A stretch of 64,000 nt of DNA from assembly GCF_040938485.1 (NCBI RefSeq), contig NW_027272018.1, positions 744,001 to 808,000 of the forward strand. The letters run 5' to 3'. The DNA is from Diadema antillarum (Eukaryota). The position numbers and the translations under genes were made by a program. Positions 54,330 to 64,000 of the stretch are shown piece after piece (within the stretch, counting starts at the first letter, position 1; each line of letters begins with the position of its first letter). The notes under the pieces were generated by a model, which was not told the origin of the DNA, did no database searches, and worked only from the letters and a program-made list of their open reading frames with translations.

Positions 54330-56562
54330 GTGGTTCTACAAGAATGAAACCAAACAGAAATATGAAAAAAAAAAGAAGAGAAAACTGCTGCAAGATTTTA
54401 CGTCTGCCTAATCAATCGTTTTCAATTTGACCCCTTGGAAAAGGGGGAAACAGAAATCACTGAAATCCTCCACTGACTTAATGTCGTCAATAAAATATCA
54501 GGAATAATGATCCCCCAGATACATGTACATATTTGCCTTTATTTTCTTCTTGTGTATTGAGAGATATTAGCGCTGATGATCCTGAAATGAAATACAGCGT
54601 TACAGAAAATAAAAGCTATAAGGAAAGGAGTGTGTGATTAATGTGAATTGAAAGAGTGTGGATGTGCTTGCAAGCCTACGTGTTGCTACATGACAACATA
54701 AGTCATAATCAATAATGGAATAAGGTATGTATGTTTGCACTCTAATGGCTGTCGCATAATGGGTCACTATTCAAGCGCCGAAAACGTTGAACATTATTCA
54801 AAGATGGACGTTACGCAACAATGTAGAAAATAGTATTCGTTCAAAGAGAATACAATTACGGGGAAAACAAGTATATTACATCCACCCATAGTCGTCCCTC
54901 TCGCAAAGATCTTCATGTGCTAGCAACACAACACAACACTAAGGCCAATAAATTTAAAATTTGAATGCGGATGAATGACATTCAACATTTTTGAATATCA
55001 TTGAATCAATGGTAATCAGTCATAATCAATCATTGTACAAATACATGAGTAAATGGAATGTACATTTGTTGACATACCAACCGATTAGGCTTTTTCATTC
55101 TTCTATTTTAGTATCACTGTTACAGAGCAACCATGGAAACATTCAAACGGAGGTTGTTCTTTTTTGAGGGGGTTGAGGGAGTAGCGTGAGGAGATAAATG
55201 ATAAAAGAACAATGTTAATGCTGGATGTCTCCCTTTATGAATGCAAATTCCTCAATCCTGACCATGAGGCTCGATAAATCTGACTTTCTGAAANNNNNNN
55301 NNNNNNNNNNNNNNNNNNNNNNNNNNNNNNNNNNNNNNNNNNNNNNNNNNNNNNNNNNNNNNNNNNNNNNNNNNNNNNNNNNNNNNNNNNNNNNNNNNNN
55401 NNNNNNNNNNNNNNNNNNNNNNNNNNNNNNNNNNNNNNNNNNNNATATGTTATTCATATTATCATATATATTCATACATTAAACATTTTATCTCCTTCAT
55501 AATGTCAAGAGTGTAGGAGCTACAAGGCACATACAACATGCGATGTTTTCATCTACGTTGCTTATTGAACATATTAGTTGTTTATGAACCATTACAAGAA
55601 AAAAAATCGACAAAAAATTAACAATTCCCCAAACATTGATGCTTTGGTATTGAGTTAAACTTCTTAACACTTATTTTATCTCACATTTCTCTTTTCCCTC
55701 CACTCTCTCTATACATTTCAGGTCCTTCTTTCTACTATTTCCACATCCTACCTTGTTTTTACCTCTTTCTCTCCCTCGTTCACCTCTTTTATCTCTGTCT
55801 CCATCTCTTGTCTCCTTCTTTCATGTTTTCTTATCATTCATTCAAACCTTACTCACTCCTCTCATACTGGCTTCCTATCTAGTAAACAGTAATGAAATAG
55901 TTGTATCGGAATGTAACAAGATTTTTCACTCAGTGCACGTCAGGGCTTCACAAATAGTGACATTTTACAAGATTTATTTTGCCGATGATGATAAGAGCAA
56001 ACTTTTGTTTCCAGTTTTGTCACGAAATTCCTTGTGCGCCCTCCTGATGGGGAGGGGCGAAGTACTTCAGGTCACCAAGAAGGCCAAAAAAAAAAAGAAG
56101 ACCCGATACAAAGTACTTTAGATACATGTTGTTGTATGTTCGGGATTTCTAAGGGTGACTATAGTTTCAAATAATGGTCGATGATTGATGGTGTTATGGG
56201 TTTACTTGTGACCTCAAGATCCCCCCCACCCCCTCGTGTTTGACACAAGTTGGAGAGTGCTGTCGGTGGCAGAGGATGCAGCTCGAACCTCGCGCACAGC
56301 GCACTCTTGTTTCGACGAGGTGATGTGCCTGTTTTCATCTCACCGTGCCCTTATACATGGTGATCTTGCAGCACCACTCCGGACGGTCCCGAGCAAGCGT
56401 CTCCCTTAAATTGATGTCGATGCTCCCCATGAACTTTAAGGTAATCTCTTGCTGGGTTCAGGAGAGGTGGATGGGGAGGACTGGGGTCCGTACAGCCTCC
56501 TATCGTAACTGTTGGCACATTTTTGTCTAAATTAATTTTCATCTGCCTCTTTGCAAGACCAG

Positions 56563-56697
56563 GGGACCGTTTCATGAAACTTTTTGTCAGTGATTTACAC
56601 TGACAACTGTTAAAAGCTACTGAAATCCTTGCGTCTGATTGGCTGATAGCAAATTTGTCGGTGAAAACCTCCGACGAACTCGTTGATGAAACGCCCC
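56563..56697. mobile_element. PIF/Harbinger-like MITE (copy 2), CAG TSD
   Basis: CAG|GGGACCGTTTCATGAAAC ... GTTGATGAAACGCCCC|CAG; internal core shared with 13667-13812. Confidence 0.75.
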
Positions 56698-57010
56698 CAG
56701 ATGTTCTGAAACTCCTTTTGCAGCGTTATACTTGCACAGGCAAGAGCATTTTTCTTGGCTTGTGACATAAGGGATCGTTCTGATGCGCTCATTAAGAGCG
56801 GATGTTTCACTGTCAGTATTATTTTGTATTATAGCATAATCATTCACATCAAACCAGTCATAGCGTTCTACTGGTTAATAGAGGAGACATGTTAAATAGG
56901 AGTATAATAGACAACGTCTCTGAAGCCCTTCTGTATGTAGCCCCATTGATCTGTGATGTGTCTATCCCGTCTGCGTTCAAGACCAACGCTCTGCAAGTGT
57001 TTCGTCGGTT

Positions 57011-57290
57011 ACAGTTCGTTATTCCGAAGGTTCCCTATGCCGAATGTTCGTAATTCTTAAAATGAAATAAGCTTCATAATTCTGACGTTTCATTAATCCA
57101 AAAAATGAAATAAGGTTCGTTATTCTAAAAAGTTATTTGATCTGAAAGTGCGATAAGGTTCCTTAATCCGAAAACGAAAAAAAAAATGTTTGTTGGTCCG
57201 AAGGTTCGTTCATCCGAAAATGAAAATCAGAGGTTTGTTAATCGGAAAACAGAAATGAAGCTCGCAATTCCGAAAAAAAACTTTATTCAG
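57011..57290 (+). mobile_element. Left arm of GTTCGTTATTCCGAA foldback-like element
   Basis: Multiple forward GGTTCGTTA.TCCGAA / AAATGAAATAAG subrepeats. Confidence 0.6.
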
Positions 57291-57994
57291 TTACAAGATA
57301 CGATGTTGCAGCTAAAGAACAAAATGGTAGAATATTAAGGAATGAAATTTAATGAAAACACCACATCCACACACCCTAATACAGAGCCATGTATGTAAAT
57401 ACACATAAAGTAAACACAGGCAATATGCATACTTATTGGCAAAGTAGAATACAATCTTACGTGTAATCATTATGTTACACAATATTGATGAAAACAAAAG
57501 TAATACACTGTATTTTCTTCTTCTCCTCCGTATGCCATTCAATTTTCAATTCAAAATGATTTCATTTCCATATAAGGTAATACAAAGTATACATAACGCC
57601 TAACATGAGTACATGATATTTAAAGGAACTTTGAATCACGTAAGTTTCAACAAAACCATCCTTCCTCCTCTTCACCACAGATCATCAGGGGCGTCACCAG
57701 CTTTTCTTCAAGGGGGGTGCGTTTTGACACTTAATGTTTACGAGATTTTTTGGACAGACATTTGGAATATAGGAAGCTCTCAATCCCTAGACTTTTACTG
57801 TTTTTGAGGGAAACCAAGCGGGGAAAGGGCACCGGCGTAGCTAGGATTTCATCTTGGGGGTGGGTGGGGGTGGGGGTGGGTGAGGTGGGGGGGGGGGGGG
57901 GGGGGGTTAGTATGCGAGGGAGCGAGCAAGGGTGTGGAAGTGCCGGAGGGGGTTGTACCCCCTATAAATGGATTATGGAATGACGGTGTGAAAC

Positions 57995-59997
57995 GACAAA
58001 TTACTGGCAGCGATATCAGGAGAATGGCATAACGACTACATGCGAGCGAGCGGAGCTAGCGAGCTTGAAAATTTTGACATTTTACAGTCCGAAAACTGCC
58101 GTTTGCAGCCATATTTTTTTGCTTTGTAAATTAAGGGGGGGGGGGCGCACCGGGCGCAACTGCTGGCAATTACTGGCAGCAACATCAGGTGAATGGCATG
58201 ATAATTAAAGGCGTGCGAGCGAAGAGAGCGAGCTTGGAAATTTTGACATTTTACAGTCCAAAAACTGCCATTTGGAGCCATATTTTTTCGCTTTGGAAAT
58301 AAAGGACGGATGGGGGGCGCAACGGGCGCAACTGCCGGTAATTACTGGCAGCAACATCAGGAGAATTGCATAACAATTAAATGTGAGCGAGCGAGCGAGC
58401 GAGCTTGAAAATTTTGACATTTTACAGTCCCAAAACTGCCGTTTGTAGCCATATCTTTTTGCTTTGGAAATTAAAGGGGGCGCACCGAGCGCAACTGCTG
58501 GCAATTACTGGCAGCAACATCAGGTGAATGGCATAACAATTAAATGCGAGCGAGCGAGCGAGCGAGCGAGCTTGAAAATTTTGACATTTTACAGTCCAAA
58601 AACTGCCATTTGGAGCCATATTTTTTCGCTTTGGAAATAAAGGAGGGGTGGGGGTGCAACGGGCGCAACTGCCGGTAATTACTGGCAGCAACATCAGGAG
58701 AATTGCACAACAATTAAATGGGAGCGAGCGAGCAAGCGAGCTTGAAAAATTTGACATTTTACAGTCACAAAACTGCCGTTTGTAGCCATATTTTTTTTTT
58801 TTTTTTTTGGAAATTAAGGGGGGGGGGCACCGGGCGCAACTGCCGGCAATTACTGGCAGCAACATCAGGTGAATGGCATAACAATCAAATGCGAGCGAGC
58901 GAGCGAGCAAGCTTGAAAATTTTGACATTTTACAGTCCCAAAACTGCCATTTGGGGCCATATCTTTTCGCTTTGGAAATAAAGGAGGGGGGGGGGGGGCG
59001 CACCGGACGCAAATGCCAGCAATTACTGGCAGCAACATCAGGAGAATTGCGTAACAATTAAATGCGAGCGAGCGAGCGAGCGAGCTTGAAAATATTGACA
59101 TTTTACAGTAAAAAAACAAACTGCCGTTTGTAGCTATGTTTCTTCGCTTTAGAATTTAAGATGGCGCATCGGGCGCAACTGCGGGCAAATACTGGCAGCA
59201 ATATCAGGAGAGCATAATGATTACATTCGAGCGAGCGGAACGAGCGAGCTTGTAAATTTTACATTTTACAGTCCAAAAATTGCTGTTCTTAGCCATATTT
59301 TTTCGCTTTGGAAATTAAGGGGGGAGGGGCACCGGGCGGAACTGCTGGCGATTACTGGCAGCAACATTAGGTGAATTGCATAACGATTAAATGCGAGCGA
59401 GCGAAGAGAGCGAGCTTGAAAATTTTACATTTTACAGTCCAAAAACTGCCGTTCTTAGCCATATTTTTTCGCTTTGGAAATTAAGGGGGGAGGGGCACCA
59501 GGCGGAACTACTGGCAATTACTGGCAGCAACATCAGGTGAATTGCATAACGATTAAATGCGAGCGAGCGAAGAGAGCGAGCTTGAAAATTTTACATTTTA
59601 CAGTCCCAAAACTGCCGTTCTTAGCCATATTTTTTCGCTTTGGAAATTAAGGGGGGGGGGGCGCACCGGGCGCAACTGCAGGCAATTACTGGCAGCAACA
59701 TCAGAAGAATGGCATAAAGATTAAATGCAAGGGAACGGAGCGAGCGAGTTTGAAAATTTTGACATTTTACAGTCCCCAAACTGCCGTTTGTAGCTATATT
59801 TTTTCGCTTTGGAAATCAAGGGGGGGGGGGCGCACCAGGCGCATCTGCCGGCAATTACTGGCAGCAACTTCAGGAAAATGACATTACGACTATTCTGCGA
59901 GCGAGAGGAGCGAGCGAGCTTGAAAATTTTGACATTTTACTGTCCAAAAACTGCCGTTTGAAGCTATATTTTTTTTTTTCGCTTTGGAAATTTTGGA
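57995..59997. repeat. Satellite of 12 units, ~169-bp period
   Basis: TTACTGGCAG anchors at 58001, 58170, 58342, 58505, 58679, 58850, 59023, 59189, 59352, 59518, 59686, 59855. Confidence 0.95.
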
Positions 59998-60154
59998 AAT
60001 TCATTCAAAAGCAGTTTACTAACACTTGAACTACTATTTCGGTAAGTCTTCTTCTTTTTTTTTTTACCAGCGGATTGGGAGGGGGCGCACCCCCCTCCGT
60101 AGTTACCCCACTGCTTTTGGGTGAAATGATTGGACAGATTTCTTGAATTCTAAC

Positions 60155-60460
60155 AAAAAAGCAAGACAATCTTTTCATCGCGGGAATTATGATTATGTGG
60201 GGTGGGGTAAATGGTGCGCTTGCCCTCCAATATTTTAATGGGGGCAACATTTTTGTTTTCTTTCAAAAGCAAGAAAATCTTCTCATTTCGGGAATTATTA
60301 ATTATGGGGGGGGCAAAATTAAAATATGCTTGCCCCTCCAATATTTTTATGGTGGTAACTTTTTGTTTTTCTGTCAAAAAAAAAAAGATAAGACAATCTT
60401 CTCGTCTCTGGAATTATGGAGAGGGGGGGGGGGGCAAAATGATATGCTTGCCCCTCCATT
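60155..60460. repeat. Second imperfect tandem array, ~110-bp unit, about 2.7 copies
   Basis: AAGA.AATCTT...GGAATTAT...GCTTGCCC.TCCA repeated near 60160, 60268, 60389. Confidence 0.75.
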
Positions 60461-60707
60461 TTTTTTTCATTTCTTTTTTTAATGAGGCTAAGGCTCGCTC
60501 TTGGGCTGGCAATATGGATTGGTCAGAAGTAACGTACATAGTCCCTACATACTTGTAAGTAGCACACGTACATGCAAACGTGTATAAGTGCTCCGTATCG
60601 TACGGATGTACAGTACGGTCGATAAATAGTAAACACTGTAGAATACTAATAGATATGTAAAAAATCAGTGCTGCCAGAACCAGGGGTGCGAACTGTTTTT
60701 GCCGACG

Positions 60708-60750
<43 letters not shown>

Positions 60751-60902
60751 GGTGCAAAATATAAAAAAAAAATAGAAAAGAATAATTATTTAGCGTCCGG
60801 CGTTGAGGTCGCTCGCAGACTGATTTTTTTTTTTTTTTTTAAGGATCTGAAGGGGGGTGCGTTCGCACCCAACGCACCCCCCCTGGTGACGCCCATGATC
60901 AT

Positions 60903-61105
60903 TCAGTTTTTCAGAATAAGGAACGTTATTTCATTTTCGGATTAACGAACTTTCAGAATAACGACCATTCATTTCATTTCCGATCACTGTTGCCGATGAA
61001 CGAATCTTCGGCATTGTCGGAATAACAAAATTTATTTCATTTCCGGAATATGGGAATTCAGTATGTTTATAGATATAGGGAATTTGCGTGTTTCAAAATA
61101 ACGTA
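60903..61105 (-). mobile_element. Right arm of GTTCGTTATTCCGAA foldback-like element
   Basis: Reverse-orientation subrepeats (TTCGGATTAACGAAC, TTCAGAATAACG, TTATTTCATTT). Confidence 0.55.
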
Positions 61106-62100
61106 TACCTTCTGAAGACATACCATATCACCCCGGGTTCTGTCTACCCTCTCATAAGAAGACGTTACGGTCGCGCCCACGCTAAAGGCACTGTCGTATG
61201 GACCTCAAGTCCCATCATGACCTGGTGGTGCCAACTGCTTGACCGATCACCGTCTCCGCTTTAGTGTTCAAGTTCAGGCTTCGCATTCTGCCCAGGAGAG
61301 AACAACCAAAGATTTGCAAAAATCCAAACAGGCTAAATGTTTCCCAGCTTAAAAAAAGAAGACAAATGCACAAGCAAGGTTGTAAAAGATTAGTATTCGT
61401 GGACGACCAGGGAAAAATGTAAAGTAAAACGAAATGAGAGTATAATATACGTAGACCTATATATAAACCATTATGATTATCTTATGATAGACACATATAC
61501 AGAAAAACAAGGAATGTGAATAGACAAGGAAAATGAAAGGAAGCAAGGTGAGACAAATATATAAAGGGATAACTATTATCAACTCATTTTCCCGGCAAAG
61601 AAAGTAAGAAAGGGCAAAAACGTAGTTTGCATTCCTTGCCAGTGGTACGTGTAAACAACAGAGCCGGTTAAGCTGCTGCAAACGTGAGAGGGCGTTTTAC
61701 ATCGATTACTGACAGTATTCTTTACTGCACACTAGAATCGTTTGTCTTTGTATGTACGCTCTCAATCGGGACTTGTACAGAAATATTACATGTGCAAAAG
61801 AACGCATCTTAGAAGAGCCTGAAACCATTTTCTTTTAATTTACAATTATTATCACATCATGATGTGTGACATTTTATGACGGCATGTTCACAGTACAAAT
61901 ATTACAGTATTGTACGAGGCATAAAAGGCCATAAAGTGCTTGCTTGTTACGGATACCATACGTTGGCTGCTTTGTATAGTGTCTATGTTCAGTTCACTTT
62001 GCCTGTGCGATATGCTCCAGATACTATGCACTAACGACTGAATGAAGTTACACAGCACGCATTCAGAAAAATATTATGCTCAGCAGCTAGTCGGGAGTCC

Positions 62101-62110
62101 GTCACATGAT
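62101..62110. promoter_or_regulatory. M-box/CLEAR-like E-box upstream of V-ATPase B
   Basis: GTCACATGAT ~310 bp before the ATG; a second, GTCACGTGAT, at 63124-63133 in intron 1. Confidence 0.35.
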
Positions 62111-62411
62111 CGACCATCAGCTCACGGATCACTCGTACTTGTACACGTTATGTACGAGACGATATTTTCCAGCACAGTACACCACCATTACAGCTAGGTG
62201 GCCCACGATAAGTTGCTGGCTTCTCGATACTATACTCGAGTCCTAGCTCGGATCGCTCGCAGCTCGACAGAGGTACTTTGATCGAGATCAAGAGGGAGAA
62301 AATATCACACCCAGCCAGCTAGCTAATGCCAGTGAAACTATAATTCTCTAACAGTGACACTTTGATCAGTTCTACCCCGGTCTCTAAAACTGTGTAATCC
62401 ATCCGCCAACA

Positions 62412-62502
62412 ATGTCGTACGAGCAGGCGAGAACCAGGCTCGAAGCTGCTAAAGAACACACTTTAGCAGTGACGAGAAATTACATTTCTCAACCGAGGCT
62501 AA
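62412..62502 (+). CDS. ATP6V1B: V-type proton ATPase subunit B, first coding exon (gene continues beyond window)
   Basis: MSYEQARTRLEAAKEHTLAVTRNYISQPRL matches the conserved A(R/K)E..LAV.R.Y.SQPRL(TY) N-terminus of V-ATPase B; phase-1 donor GTGAGT at 62503; Kozak-like CAACAATG. Confidence 0.85.
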
Positions 62503-64000
62503 GTGAGTAGAAATTAATCCGTAAAATTACATAGAAAATTGTAGTCAATGATGGTACTGTAGCAGTGCATGGTCGTGTACAAAACGAATTTTGATATGGG
62601 TTAGGGTCCGCACAGGACCACACTCATCATGCCCATTGCAATATTTAATTGGCCTTGCATTATCATAATTATTGAACAAGCGAGTTTTGTGTCTTGTGAC
62701 CATTGGTGACCAATCTATGTCGGCCTACTATGTACTAGTCTACACTATTACGAAACGTGTTAACAGGGGTATTATACAGGGAGGTCGCATGATCCCTAAA
62801 CCCCAGCCAGGCATTTGTTTTCCTTTCATTTTTCCTTTTTAATTAAGCATGGTTACTCCGGCTGGTTGTTCTTTTCTACTCTAGAATATTTTGAATAAAA
62901 CTCTGTCTGAGAAAGAGAAAGGGAGAGAGAGAGGGAGAGATGAGTCATGACTTTTCTTTAAAGTTGTAAATGATAAACGGGTTGCTTAGTGTTAGTTGCT
63001 GCTGGCAGTGGAAAACTTTGCCGTTGCAGAGATTTTCACATTGATTACAAGAGCAACAACAGTCAACATGACATGCCATGCACTTCAATTATCTACGCAC
63101 AGTGTAGACCATCTGGCATCTACGTCACGTGATCAACATGTATGCACCATCCAGATGCATAAATTCACTATATTCAGCAACAGGCAGGAGAGAAGAGTGA
63201 TTCTGGTATTCCATTTTAATTTTCATTGTGTGAGATGTCTGGAATTCATTCATGATCATTCTAAACTAGTTCTATATATAACTAACGTCGATTACCATCA
63301 AGTCGCCACTACGTAAAGTCGCCAGACATTCACATCGCATGTTAAACGTGCACCGCGATCGGAGATCAGCTGGGGCAACGGATTTTCATCATTCTCAAAA
63401 GACATTATATTCCTAATTCACCTTTTTCCTCCCTAAAAACACAAATAATTTTTGTAATCCAAATGTATTTTACCATAATAAATATGTCTATACAGGTGAC
63501 AAAACCAGTTTTAATGCGAGAATGTTTTTGATTTCGAATGGATTTCAGGTGGCAGATTAACACAGTTTTTCAAACGCGATGATGCACAATGCATCCTACA
63601 TGTGTGTGTATACAATTGTAACACATGCGCTAATAATACATACGTTTTAACAAAACTAGAGTTTGGTTGGAGAAACTTTGATTTTAAGCAGGAAAAAAAT
63701 ACTTTTGAAGCAGGAGTCTGACAGCAAGGGGGAAAATTCAAACTTAAGGGGGAGGCTGGGAGATTTTGTTAAAAATTGTCTCAAAGTTTTTAGAGATGGA
63801 AATTATGATACAGCATGCCAAAGATTGCATCATTTACTAGCGAATACTATAGACATCTTCAAAATGTAAGCACAGTAGTTGCTATTTCAACAAGAATGTT
63901 CCAATAATCAGTGACAGAGGGCATACAGATGCTTTCAGACTGTCCACTGACCACTGGATATGTGTATGCACTACAATGTACGTTAACACACTTAAAGGCA

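Larger units (their letters stand above)
57686..60897. mobile_element. 3.2-kb non-autonomous TIR element with 5-bp TSD carrying tandem arrays
   Basis: ATCAT|CAGGGGCGTCACCAG ... CTGGTGACGCCCATG|ATCAT; TIR 14/15; no transposase ORF. Confidence 0.75.

Noticed and set aside
57995-59997. CRISPR array, or coding ORFs (58422-59057 etc.)
   Set aside because: Whole ~169-bp units repeat with no unique spacers; the ORFs are translations of the satellite.

Overview
AT-rich, intron-containing animal genomic DNA from a gapped draft assembly (N runs at 4743-4951, 13977-14117, 16745-16872, 30248-30501, 33840-33984, 55294-55444). The repeat style suggests an echinoderm such as a sea urchin; this is inference only. 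Main content: (1) three tandem + strand genes, each with 8 coding exons plus a non-coding first exon, encoding intact 377-aa secreted S8A subtilases (signal peptide, I9-type prodomain, D140/H172/N259/S324) of the proteinase K/aqualysin/PCSK9-core type. Copies 1 and 2 lie in a ~12-kb tandem duplication whose microhomology junction is readable at ~35579. Copy 3 has unalignable introns, yet some of its exons are almost identical to copies 1/2. (2) A 5'-truncated L2/Crack-like LINE (17347-21262, -) whose ORF2 is broken only by one extra A. (3) The first coding exon of V-ATPase subunit B at 62412. (4) Many MITEs with readable TIRs/TSDs, including a 3.2-kb element with a 5-bp TSD that carries a ~169-bp satellite with dimeric higher-order structure. 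(5) Just downstream of protease copies 1 and 2, a perfect 163-bp palindrome made of two head-to-head minimal hammerhead-ribozyme motifs with a U3-A8 core variant. In copy 2 it is followed by a second 435-bp inverted repeat with canonical hammerhead motifs. The palindromic ribozyme elements and the exon-confined homogenisation of the proteases are the most unusual observations. All counts were done by eye and should be recomputed.
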